Assembly (NCBI GenBank): GCA_000320545.1
Contig: ADNK01000981.1
Span: 93,960 to 157,959, forward strand
Direction: 5' to 3'
Length of the DNA stretch: 64,000 bases
Origin: Bigelowiella natans CCMP2755
Taxonomy: Eukaryota; Protista; Cercozoa
A model generated the notes under the pieces. It did no database searches, was not told where the DNA came from, and saw only the letters and a list, made by a program, of their open reading frames with translations. The position numbers were made by a program, and so were the translations under genes. Shown piece by piece: positions 41,515-53,779 of this stretch (the first letter of the stretch is position 1; each line of letters begins with the position of its first letter).

Positions 41515-43909
41515 ACGCTCACTCTTTGCTCCCTCTAACCCTATAATAACCGCCTACTACTACTTACTACCCAGATTCTTTGGAAGATCCTTGTATGCTT
41601 TGCCACTGTTGCTTGCTAGTAGGACGTATCGATATCTCCCCTATCATCATCATCATCATCACCACCATCATCATCATCATCAACAACAACAACAACACAA
41701 TGCTAGTAGCAAACACCACCAACAGAAGCACTCACCTCGTTTTCTAAACGCTGATAAATCATAGTTGCAAAGTCTTTGGCTGTGTACCTGATTGGATGAT
41801 GATGAAGATGATGAAAAACGATAATGGTGGAGGTGTACTTGTTCTTCTTGTTGTTGTTCTTACTGTGGCCGTTTCATCTTGTCCTCACCATGTCTAATGT
41901 GAACACCCATAACCTGATGATGATGATGATGATGGGGATGACCATTACATTAAACTAGATTTATCGTCGTCAGCAATATGATCAACATTAAATAGTGGCA
42001 GGAGAAGGGAGTAGCAGAATAACAACCGACTACAACACACAAAACAAACCTGAGACATGTCCACATCTTGTGGAAGATCTATATAACAGAAGAAGAAGAT
42101 ATAATATCAGTACTGTGCATAGCATATTATTCTTTATAATATGGGATAGATGCTGCTACATCTTCCTACACATGATGATGCTAATTAATTATGATTTTGA
42201 TTATTTGAATTGATGACCTTTGATTTGTGTCCGTACATAGTTGGTAAAGTTTACCATCAAAGGATTCGGTCTGATAATATACCGCACTGCCTCTCGAAAG
42301 ACGAACAAACTCCCTATGATCATTATCGATGATGATGATGATGATGATGGTAATTATGGGGAAAACATGAGAACCGATCCCTTGCTGGTACTTCAGATAT
42401 CATCAATCAACACAACACGGGTGTATCTCAAAAATGGTAATATTCAAATTGCAGCACAAAGCTTCTTTTTCTACAAAACAAATACTGAAATATATTTTTC
42501 TTTCATTGTCATCATCATCATCATCATCATCATCTTCTTCTTCTTCTTCTATGGTTGTCGATTAATTCGTCACAAGAAATAATAGAGAAAACATTGAATT
42601 CACAAGTAATCATTCTCACCGTATCGTCCCCCTCCTCCTCCTCCTCCTCCTCCTTCTCCCTCATTGATCCGAGCAGTACTTAGGAGCGTATTAATAATTG
42701 GCCTAGGAATAATAATTATATTAATAATATTATCAAATGAGGATGATGGTGATGATGATGTTCTTCCTCTTCTTCTTTTCCTTCGCCCAGATGTAGAATC
42801 GTGATATCTATCAATCGCTGATCATTCAAACAAACAACCAACCTGTAGCCAAACCATTCGCTGTTAAAGGCGCCTTTCTTTCTTTGTCTTCGTTCTAGTG
42901 ATGTGATGTGATCAATGCCATCAAAACAACAAGGTAGTATTAGCACTACTAGAAGCGGCAGCAGTAGCAGTAGCAGATTTGGCAGATCTATAAACAATTT
43001 AATAAAACAAAGTGATAATAGTCTATTGTTTTGTGTATATATATGTGGTTGTGTGTGTGTCGAGAATGATTGTACACCGCTCCAGGCACTAACTGTGTAC
43101 TACTGCTACTACACTACTATCGTAAGCTGCTGCTGCTGCTGCTGCTGCGATGGAATGTGTAATCGATATTATTCATGGATGTAGTAAATTGTTGTATCAT
43201 AATTATTATTTTGTTGCTGTCGCACATACATACTGTCATCAAATTTTATATGATATTTGTAAGGGCGAGAGAGGATGCATACAATGATGAATAGATTTAG
43301 GACTGCTCCTACTGTAGTACTTACTTCTTACCTATGAAAGAGCACTTGTTTTCTAAAAACTTTGCAGCGTTTGATGTCACAGCGGGAGAATTGCATGCTG
43401 ATAGACAGAAAGACAAGAACATATTGCTGTACTATTATTTCCTTCTTTTGCCTCTTCTTCTTCTTCTTCTCCATACTATTATTGTTATTAGTACTAGAAC
43501 GTGCCAAGATACTTCATTAAAGCATCTACTGTTATCTTCCTATAGTAACCCTCTGCCTCCTCCTCCTCCTCCTCCTCCTCCTCCTCCTCCTTATTACCTA
43601 CCTACCTACCTTTAGGTTGCGATTTTTTCGCCTAGAAGGAGGAGGAGGAGGAAGGTTATTATCCATGGTGCAGCAGCCATAAAAAAGGATAAGTAAAACA
43701 ATAACAACAACAAAAACAATACGACAATTAACGACAATGATGATGATGATGATGGCCATGGTATTGCTAGTAATTGCAATCTGCAGATATCGATACACAC
43801 TATTTCATTAGTGTTCAGAAGCAGAAAGGTTGTTTTATGGTCATAATGACCTTGAATGCATCTTCCAAAGTGCATTTGGAGATTTTCATGAAGGAACATT
43901 CCCACGTCT

Positions 43910-43941
<32 letters not shown>

Positions 43942-44075
43942 TTCATGATGATATACAACAATATTGTAGTAGTAGTGTAGTAGTTGTAGTAGTAGTAGTA
44001 GTAGTCGTAGTAGCGATGACGACCCCTTCTTCTTCTTCTTCTACTACTACTTCTACATACGGATACTGATACACA

Positions 44076-44113
<38 letters not shown>

Positions 44114-44650
44114 ATATACGTAAACTGATAGATGATGATACATTAATAATGTGGTAGTGGCAGACAAAGAAGGACGATAACCTGCGATTTGCAGCGTGAA
44201 GGAGCAACGTAACGTGTCGTCCAAGGCATTATAAACGTCATGTTCATTACCTGAATCACGTTCATCACCATTTATCAACATACAATCGGGGGGGATAAAA
44301 TAAGAAGAAGAAAAAGAAGAAGAAGGGGAAAAACAGCAAGAGAGAGAAGCAGGAGGATGCAGCTTGTTTATCCATACAACACTTTTCCTATTTCATAAGT
44401 ATACCGTCGTTCAGCTCCATCATCAAATTCATTTCTTACCAAATAACGTTGTCATTTTTATCATCATCATCATCATCATTTTAGATATTAGTGAGGGCGT
44501 GTGCATGATATATCTATCATTTATGTACTACCATGGCTTCCAATAAACTCATGGCACTTATATGCTAAATCAATAGCAAGCACAAGAAGAAAAGATACAA
44601 CAGCAAAATAAACGTGTTTCACTTCGTAGAGCAAACAGGCATCATACGGA

Positions 44651-44685
<35 letters not shown>

Positions 44686-45328
44686 TATAAAATAGCTCTC
44701 GTGGGTTAATGAGGAGTAGTAGTAAAAGAAGAATTAGCTGGTACACAAAATATCTACTAAATGGAGATTTCTGCAGTAGTATTACAATCTGAGAGCCCAG
44801 TCCATATGGATGAGGTGTCATTACATAGAATTTAGTATTCTGAGCCTTGCAATCAACTTTATGCTGGAGATCTAAGGAGGAGGAGAAGGAGAAGAAGGAG
44901 GAGGAGGGGAGAGAAGAATGGAAAATCGAGCTGCTGAGGAAAAAAAAAAGAGGAATTTTGTGACGAAGAAGAGGAAGAAAATATTAGGAAAGAAGATAAT
45001 GAAAAGATGTTTTAAAAAAATGAGAGCATAAGAGGGATAAAACGAGGAATAAGGGTAGAATGGATGATAATAATGATGCTGCTGCTGCTGCTGATGATGA
45101 TGATGGTATTACGTTGTTGGTTCAAAAAAGATCGAAAAAGAACAAGACTGGTTAGGAGGATAAATGATTTCGACAGACATGATGCATTTCTTCGTGGGGG
45201 AGGGGATGTATGAGTGCTGGTAGTAGTAATAAATAAATATATCCTACGGTGTATATACTCCTGAAATCTCTCAGAATCCTCTATTTCCTGATGACGGATA
45301 CATCATAGTTGTCGTGTATGTTGTAGTT

Positions 45329-45361
<33 letters not shown>

Positions 45362-45465
45362 GGATAATAATAGACATGCTGTTGTCGTAGTAGACAGTAA
45401 TTATCGGAAGAGAAGCAATCATACAAGGAGCAAAAATTAAGTAGTTTTTTTGGTCGTCATTCTGA

Positions 45466-45554
<89 letters not shown>

Positions 45555-46300
45555 GGAGAAGCGTTCTCTCTTCTGAGGCAGTAGTAGTAGTACCGAGCAT
45601 TTATCTACAATACTTTTTGTATCGAAAGGCATTTTCGGTAATCAATATTGTACATGCTTCTTCTCACCTGCATTAAACGCTTATTGTTCAATATCTCATT
45701 TGAGGACACATCCCCAACTAATGATTTTCCGAATATTTTCGTGAAACCCTGGAAATTACGCACAACAGACATTAACTAACAACTAAGATGAGTATCATCA
45801 TTTTCAAATAGCAGCAACCAAACTTGCCTGAGAAAGATATGGAAATTTCGAAGATAGATGCAAGTTTTCGCCCTTCAAACCAGTGTCTTCCTCTCCCTTC
45901 TGCTCCTCCTCCTCCTCCTCCTTTGTAATTCGAAAGGGTATCAGTCCAATGGTTTTGATAATAATTATCTATTATCTTCATCATACCGTATCATCGATTT
46001 CATGTTGACGGCGTCTTCCAGACAGTTCTGTTCGCAGTGTTGGCGCCATACTTTTGATGTCTTCGATTGTAAAGACAGATGAATCATCACCTGCGCGTAC
46101 AATGTCAGCAACCTCGTTTTACAACCTACTACATTCTTCATCGTCATCGATTCTAATACAAGTACAAAACAACGAAGAAACAGCATTTTTCACCTAATTT
46201 TTCTTTCTCGCCTTCGAAGATATCCGAATAATTATTCAGCGATGAGAGTAGCGGTTCAATGAAGAGCAGTGTGATAACTCCCAGGCCTTCATTATCACCG
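39529..46300 (-). CDS. GT23 / FUT8-NodZ-like alpha-fucosyltransferase (multi-exon)
   Basis: Exons encode LQHKVDCKAQNTKFYVMTPHPYGLGSQI (~44780-44870), VMGVHIRHGEDK (~41875-41915, cf. GVHxRRxDK), MIAQLYILTSCGGFL and NFGQMVWELM, with last exon GVWFSGW...THL*. The start is not resolved. Confidence 0.65.
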
Positions 46301-46824
46301 TCAACAGCAAAATTCGAAGGTTAGGTAGTCATTCAGTCATTCACGAACGCCTTCTTCTTACTATTATTCTTCGAACACGAGCAGCTAAACCCATCTACCC
46401 ATTGCTACATCAATCACTCGTCTACGACCTGCTATCGCCCACAATGCGTTGTTCCGCTGCATGCGACAGAGCCTCGATAATATTAATACAAACTGAAGCT
46501 ATTGAAGATATATGGTAACTTGGTCTGAGTTAAAAGCATGGGTTTCTTCGTTCATGTAGTTGGAAATTGCAGCAGCCTCACGAATGTCAAGAAGCACTGA
46601 GGATCATGATCAATGATGCTGATGTGATGTTCTGATGATGATGATTCAAGCTACTTCTTCCTCCTCCGAGAATCTCCAGCGTATCTCCAGAGTATCTCTT
46701 AGTAATTTCATAGGAAATGATGACGTAAGTGACAAATGTCCCACAAATGTTCATGAATGACAGATGTGAAAATACAGGTAGATCTACGAGTCCATGTTGG
46801 CATCAAATTCTCCCAGAATCTTAG

Positions 46825-47740
46825 ACTGCGTTTCGCACATTGTTCTGACCAGTGAAGATCAGTGAGATTTTGAAATTGGCACACTAGCTGCACTTTGGAA
46901 GCAAGTCCCCGCGGGCCAGCTTGTCCAATGAGCGTGCTTGACTCGCTCCGCTTGTCCCTGCTTGAGGCTTGAGGCGCATCCAGCTTGTTGACAGTGCCAG
47001 CAGCACACCTTGTTGGCATGCTGGCATGTCGAGTGAACACGATCCTTGAATCTTCACAAACCTTGATGCATTGAACCTCGAACAATCTGGCAATCTTTGC
47101 TCCTTCGTTCACTCACTCACGTTCAAATGTTTCATTCGTTCTCATGTTTCCCTGATGGTCTTTTTGATTGAGAAGGGTGTGGAAGAGTTGGCCACATGCA
47201 CACCCCACTCTGTTCGTTCATCAGTTCTTTTGACGCTCCTTTCCAGCGCACTGACGAACCTCTTTCGCTTCCTTCGTTTCATTCACTCATGCCAGCATTC
47301 TGGCATGGCTGAAGGGGCTCCCAAGCTAGCAAGAGATTCGTTCGGATTGTGATGATCTTGGCACTTCTGCTTCACTCACTCACTCTCATCACTCACTAAC
47401 TCACTTTGATGAAACTCTCAACCAGTCAACTGTGCCGCCTAGCCGCGTTGGAAACACTTCACTGATGCACAATTGCGACACCACACAGCGCTAGAGCATT
47501 CATGTGCACATGCAACGGTGCCAGAGGGGACAAAGTAGGTGTCCATTGTTGCAGATCATGTGGCATGGCTACATGGCTAGGCTGCTGCCGAAATGTTTGC
47601 TCCAATCTGCGCAATGGGTGTGTGTTTGCTGGAATGTCAAAGCTGTGCCACTCTAGCACTCCTTTCACAAATGACGATGCATTGCAAGTTGAGCAAATCA
47701 CATCCATCATCAATTTTGTTCAGCAGACGTGCAATCTTGA
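46825..47740. other. Strongly TpA-depleted intergenic zone
   Basis: No TA in ~46888-47325. The remaining TA are CTAG (6) or CTAA/GTAG/CTAC. CpG is retained. Confidence 0.9.
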
Positions 47741-47744
47741 AATT

Positions 47745-50135
47745 TTAACGTGAATGCGGCGAGTAATGACGTGCAACACTTTTAGTACTCCTAGCATCCT
47801 GAGGACTAAAGAATCTGTTCCCCCGCCTTCTAGTTGCGCCTTTTGATAGATCCTTAAGAGTTGCTACGGCGTCATTTGTACCACTTGTTTTTGTGAGGAT
47901 AACGACTGACGGGTCTGTGGAATTGCTGGATCTGTTGTCCGAAATATCAAATATCTCCAACCTCTGCAAGTTTCTCAACTCAATGAGTGGTAGTTGCAAA
48001 ATGTCATTGCGAGGGAGGAGTAAATGCTTCAAAGATTGCAAGTCACCTATCTCAGGAGGAAGATGTTTAAGCTGATTGCAACCTAAATGAAGTGTTTCAA
48101 GGGCTTGAAGTTGTCCTATCATGGCTGGAAGGCTTAGAATCATGTTTCTCCTAAGCACAAGACACCTCATTGATCGCAAAAGTCCGATTTCCGGAGGCAA
48201 GGCCGTGAGCATGTTGCATTCGAGGTTCAAGGTTTCCAAAGCTATCAAAGTTCCAATTGACGACGGAATATCCCGCAACCGATTATTCCCTAGACGAAGA
48301 GTTTGAAGAGATTGCAATAATCTAATCGAACTGGGAACTCGCCTGAGGTTATTGCAGCTCAAATCCAAAAATTGAAGAGCTCCTGCATGCAGGGTTACAA
48401 GAGGAAATTTAGTTAATTTCTGTGCGGCTAAGCAAGCATGTTTCAATTGCTGCCATCTTTTCTCCACTTTCTCTGCCTTTGAGAGATATTCTTGTTCAAA
48501 TCGATCGCCCCAGGCCTTCCGCACAATAGACTCATGAAGAAACTTGGAAATTCCTTTTATATCCCTTGATAACGCCCTGTGCGCCCGAATTGATCGGATG
48601 CAATCGCCAGCAGCGTCAAGAAAACTAGTCTCCTTTTCTTCGTTGTCTTCATCCAATTCATCTTTGGTCAAACGTCGAGGCAGCGGTGTCTCTCCAGGAA
48701 GTGGCAAATGTTCTATTCTTCCAGGGGAATATTTGAGTCTGCGCAGAATCTCCTGGAGTTGTCTTTTCTTCCGAAATTGTTTTTTCTCTTTCAAAGTTTT
48801 ATTGTCGTTATGATCTACATACAATTTATCGAGTAGTCGCGCATCAAGTGTACTATTATCATCGCCATCTAATGTATCGAGTCTCCCATCACGTCTTCGG
48901 TGTTGGCTTGCATATGGAGCTGTGAAAAATTCGTGAGAGATAACTTCTGGAAGACTGAGACGATATTCTTCACTTGAGAGCATTGATGCAATTAGTGCTA
49001 TGCTAGCTCCAGATAGGTGTCTTACGTTGTATTGCTGCAGGAGTTGACGAAGCCCACACTCACCCGCTGAAACAAGAGCAAACCGACGGTCCGTATCACG
49101 GGGGCGATTATATGGCTCATTTCCCGTGAGGAGGAAGAACAATATGATGCCAGCAGAATATACATCAGCCAGAGGAGCAGTATAAGATATCTTTGCCATT
49201 GGAACTCGGCTTCTAAGCATTTCTGGTGGAGCGTAGGCCAATCTCATGGGCCTTCTTCCGCCGTTAAGGACTGATTTTATTCCAGGAACGAAATCAATCG
49301 CTCTGTGAAAGCTACCAAGTTTGGCAGTCATACTGCCATCTTCCTTTGCATTGCAGACAAGAACCGTCTCGAGAGCTAAGTTAAGGTGTGCAATCTTCTT
49401 TTCATGCATAGCGCTAAGTCCAGCCAGTATTTCACGGAATATCCCAGCAACCTCAGCTTCGCTTCCAACTTCATTCGTGTCGCTCCAAGATTTTGCCGAC
49501 CGGACGATGTCAGAGAGGTCTCCGTGTGTGGCGAACTCTTGAACGATCCAATAATCATTCGTTGATGTTGTGGATGAATACGAATGTCTACTTATTGAAG
49601 GACTGTTTCCTCCATTTCTGGACCCAATACTCCCAAAGCTACATGCAGAAGCGGTACTAGCAGAAGTAGAGTTCAAATCACTGTTTTCACCCACTAAGTC
49701 CACTCCTAGTCCTCCTTTTCTATCACTTTTGTGACTCGCAGAAGAACTGCTACTTTCCACTCCCATTTCTCCTACAGCAGACGAACTACTACTTTCAACT
49801 CCCATCTCTCCTACAAATCCTGAACCATAAAAGCGTATTAAGTTAGGGTGACACCTTTTCTCGTCATCACAAGCTAACTGGCGTAGTATTGATGCTTCGC
49901 GTGGGGGCCACCCTCCCTTTGAAGCCGTGTCTCTCTTCCGAACCTTAATAGCGACCACTTGCTGCTGCGACGAAGAAGATCCGCTATCATTTCTCCTTCT
50001 TCCAAGGTGGATTTCGCTGCTCGTCCCACTCTGCAGTTCCCTCACAGCAGTGAATCTCTCTGAAATATCTCCATCGAACATTGCTCTAGGATTCCATGGA
50101 TTGGAAATAAATGTTCTCTGAAGAAGTTTCTTCAA
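47745..50135 (-). CDS. Kinase-fold (probable pseudokinase) + C-terminal leucine-rich repeat protein, intronless
   Basis: 796-aa ORF, first ATG at 50081. Kinase elements VAIK, HPNLIRFY, WIVQEFATHGDL, YAPPE and ADVYSAGIILF are present, but HRD is HLN and DFG is SFH. About 7 LxxLxLxxNxLxxLP repeats. Confidence 0.85.
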   Translation of the reverse strand: MKKLLQRTFISNPWNPRAMFDGDISERFTAVRELQSGTSSEIHLGRRRNDSGSSSSQQQVVAIKVRKRDTASKGGWPPREASILRQLACDDEKRCHPNLIRFYGSGFVGEMGVESSSSSAVGEMGVESSSSSASHKSDRKGGLGVDLVGENSDLNSTSASTASACSFGSIGSRNGGNSPSISRHSYSSTTSTNDYWIVQEFATHGDLSDIVRSAKSWSDTNEVGSEAEVAGIFREILAGLSAMHEKKIAHLNLALETVLVCNAKEDGSMTAKLGSFHRAIDFVPGIKSVLNGGRRPMRLAYAPPEMLRSRVPMAKISYTAPLADVYSAGIILFFLLTGNEPYNRPRDTDRRFALVSAGECGLRQLLQQYNVRHLSGASIALIASMLSSEEYRLSLPEVISHEFFTAPYASQHRRRDGRLDTLDGDDNSTLDARLLDKLYVDHNDNKTLKEKKQFRKKRQLQEILRRLKYSPGRIEHLPLPGETPLPRRLTKDELDEDNEEKETSFLDAAGDCIRSIRAHRALSRDIKGISKFLHESIVRKAWGDRFEQEYLSKAEKVEKRWQQLKHACLAAQKLTKFPLVTLHAGALQFLDLSCNNLRRVPSSIRLLQSLQTLRLGNNRLRDIPSSIGTLIALETLNLECNMLTALPPEIGLLRSMRCLVLRRNMILSLPAMIGQLQALETLHLGCNQLKHLPPEIGDLQSLKHLLLPRNDILQLPLIELRNLQRLEIFDISDNRSSNSTDPSVVILTKTSGTNDAVATLKDLSKGATRRRGNRFFSPQDARSTKSVARHYSPHSR
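49739..49816 (-). repeat. In-frame 39-bp tandem duplication (VGEMGVESSSSSA x2) in the kinase domain
   Basis: The peptide is duplicated exactly while the two DNA copies differ at synonymous positions. Confidence 0.85.
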
Positions 50136-50721
50136 TTAAAAGGAAGTTTGTTTGCTGTCTTGGGTTGAGCGAGCGAGTCTCGATTCCGTTGCAGACTATC
50201 TCATCCTAATCATCGTTGCCATTATGAACAATCCTCTGTGAAAGATGCCTAGCAACCTGCGCAGCCCAATCTAGGTTATTTTCTCTTTCTGCTTCACCCT
50301 TCTTCGAGCCTTGCTTGAAGAGAGGGAGAGCAGCGGTGTTGTGTTGGCGATGCAAACTAATGTTGTTTAGCCTCTACATGACAAAAAGCACATTGTTTCA
50401 TGTCGTATAGTTTAAATCCCATGCATAATATGACTAAAGCGACCACTAGTGCTTATGTTTTAAGAAGGAATCTGTAACATAGACATTAATTTTAGTAGAA
50501 GTACTCTACAAAAAATTATCGTTTAGATCTAGATCTCCTTCAAACCAAAAAAAGACCAAAGGTGGTTTTGACCTATGAAACGTCATTAAAATAGTTGTCG
50601 TAGTGCAATAACATAGGACATTGGTCCAACTTATATAAATCAGAATTACCTCTATTTGTATCTTAAACATTTAATTCTCGGATCCTTTCTCCTCCCCTTC
50701 TTCGAACAGCTGGCAGATTTA

Positions 50722-51469
50722 ATGTTTTATGGTCCGATAATCTGGGACCCTGTGCTGATAATCGCACAGATGGGTGTCATGCAAGCATCTTTCTACCTCC
50801 TTACGGTGTTCCTTCTTGTAAAAATAAATGCGAGAAGATATGACTGATCGCACCTGATTTTAGGGGTTTTGGCTGGTGCTCCTTCAGTCCTTACTTGGAT
50901 CACGTAGTGGACCTTCTCTAGATCATATTTTCAAAGCTAGTACCATGGATTTAGATTTTGTGTTGAATATGGCACCTATACTGGCGTTTATATTGGCAGC
51001 TCCTCTCTGGTAAACAACTCCTTTCTTTCGCATAATCATAGTGATTCACAAATATGACGTAAAGTTTTCTCCTCAGTGCCATAATATGTACTCTGGTTGT
51101 TGATCGCGCCTGGCAGTGTCTGGATTTTGCGGGAACTGTATACTGCGTTCATTTCATTCTATGTTGCTGTCACTCTGGCTTCCCGCTGTATTGGGAATGG
51201 TGGGCGGCCAATGTCTTTTCACTGGTTGTTATCATCATTATTATTATTGTAATCAATAGTTACTGATGATTACGAATTATCATAATGATAAATATGTCAA
51301 GTTGCTATGAATTCAGATTATGTTCTTTCTTCAATCATAGACGCGAACAAAAATGTTTAAGCTCTTGCTTTGACATTCAATAATGTAGGTTGTGACGGTT
51401 TTGTTAAGCGAGCATTGGGTGGTAAAGAAGGAGCAGGAGCCAATCGAAATGGAACAGCTAACTCGCTGA
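50722..51469 (+). CDS. SYS1: SYS1 Golgi integral membrane trafficking protein (4 exons)
   Basis: MFYGPIIWDPVLIIAQM..., VVDRAWQCLDFAGTVYCVHFILCCCHSGFPLYWEWW and LLSEHWVVKKEQEPI match the SYS1 pattern, with short GT-AG introns. Confidence 0.9.
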
Positions 51470-51779
51470 CATCGGTGTAGCTTGTGTAAACTTTATCAGC
51501 AGCCTTTATAAAATCAACAGTAGTAGAGCTTGTAGGATTACTTGTTCATAGCTAGTAGGTCTGGCCGTGCAAGTTAAATCACTCTATGTTATAACTCGTG
51601 TATTATTAAATAGTAGACCATTGAGTAGGTCTTCTCTAGCAAGTTAAAGCAGCACCAGGCCTTAATTTCGTAGTTATGTATATCGTAGGTCCAGAATACG
51701 CGACGATAAGAAAGAAAGCCTCTTAGTCTGTTAATCCACTTTTTTAACAAAACCCAGCTCAAATGCACGCATTTTAATT

Positions 51780-52630
51780 TCGCCGACTAGGTCTAGAGAA
51801 GTGGCTATGCTAGCGACTGCATGCTAGCATATAAGACAGATGTAATAAATCAAATTAAATTTGTTCAATGCTAGAATGGCCATCCTCATGAAGCTGTGCA
51901 ATGCAGCGGCTAGAAGCGCTAATGTTGAATCTGTTGGTCTCCGCTAGGATGTGTTTCATGCAAGCAAGTGCATGTTGTTTCAGTCTTAAATGTCGCGCAT
52001 TTCGCGCAGCACTAGAGCAGTGCGTGTTTCCTTCTCATTCAAGTCAATCTTTTAGTTTCGTTGTCGCGCATCACCATGGCCGGCGGTGAGCTGATTCCTC
52101 GAGCGGCGTTGATGTGTGGTGTGTAACCGGCAAGAAAGCAGATGATCCACACCTGCGGTGACGTTGCACGCTGCGCAGCGTCTTTCGTCTTCTGAGTGTA
52201 AACCATCCCACTAGCCTAACAAAAGGAACCAAGATACAGTGTGTGCCAACTGTGATTGTCCTAGCTAGCTATGCTAGTACGTATGCACGACAATGTCTAG
52301 GTGTGCACACATGACATCTACTCTAGTACAAGATACATATACTGCTATTGAATATTGCCAATTGTTTAGATGGTGCAACACATCACACAACTGTGAGCAC
52401 GCAGCGCGTGATATTGTAACGCATGAACAAAGCTAGCTAGCTAGCTGCATTGTGTACGCTGCGTGCATACATATACACCGCCAGTATTTGAAGGTGAATC
52501 ATGCAGGCAGAACATATGTATTACAAGTACCCAAGTGCCGTCAATGCTAATGGTCAGAGTATGGTAAACATAGCGTGGTAGCCGTCATTACAGCCGCCAC
52601 TTTGTATAGCTAGATAGCTACATTAAGATG
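51780..52630. other. Partially TpA-depleted, CTAG-rich convergent intergenic zone
   Basis: (CTAG)n at ~52261 and ~52433, with many gctagc, tgca and gcgc. Confidence 0.55.
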
Positions 52631-52757
52631 ACTATTGAGAAAATGTAATCATTTTATTACATCCGTCTCATCGTCATACTGTCATGCCTGCTACTACTGC
52701 CTACTACTACCACTACTCCTCCTTCTCCTCCTCCTTCTCCTCCTCCTCCTCCTCCTA

Positions 52758-52907
52758 CTACTCAAAGATAAAAGGAACTGTAATGTTAGTGCCTCCATTA
52801 GCCTCTGGGAATTGAACCTCCGCTATCGACTTCCAAATGGCCTAACCACCAAATAATTAATCCTAATATAAACATGATACAACCTACAAATGTTATACCA
52901 TGCACTC

Positions 52908-52977
<70 letters not shown>

Positions 52978-53322
52978 ATATTGTACTTCTAAGATGAGAA
53001 ATCTTGCATCTTCTGGAGGCTCGACACACTGCCCATCTAGCGCGGGCACCTAAAAGACGACGATGACATTAAGGAGTGTTGTACCGAAACGATGAATAAT
53101 AATACCCAATAATTCGTGGCAAAATGATGATAATGATAACAATAATAATGATGGTGATGTGATTGTTTTGAGTGTTGTAATAGTAAATTTGTACCAGCAA
53201 TGATTTAATAACCTCTCGAGGAACAATCATCATTGGTATTATTTGTTGTGAATCCAGCCCATCAAATTTTCACAAATATTATCGTTGTCATCATCTCGTA
53301 GAGTCGCATACTCTCACACACA

Positions 53323-53378
<56 letters not shown>

Positions 53379-53622
53379 CCTTAGCTCCTGGTCTAGGTAC
53401 TAACGTATCTGATGACATAAACAAATTTATTTGGGAAGTTCTTATTCTACACACAAACAAATATATCTGGAAAGCTCTTATGATATTAATTCGGCCCCCT
53501 TTTGCATGAGACACTTTGATGAATCTGTCCTTAAATATAACTGATTGTCATAAAATACTCTTTCTCTATCATCATCATCATCATCATCATGATTGACCAT
53601 GTTCATCATATACTGATAAAGA

Positions 53623-53655
<33 letters not shown>

Positions 53656-53711
53656 ACTACCAGATAACCAATCCAATGATTCCACAACACCCTCTGCTGT
53701 GACCTAGCAAT

Positions 53712-53779
<68 letters not shown>

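Noticed and set aside
46708-47753. Several ORFs between the FUT8-like and pseudokinase genes
   Set aside because: Same stop-codon depletion artefact, with no domain evidence.
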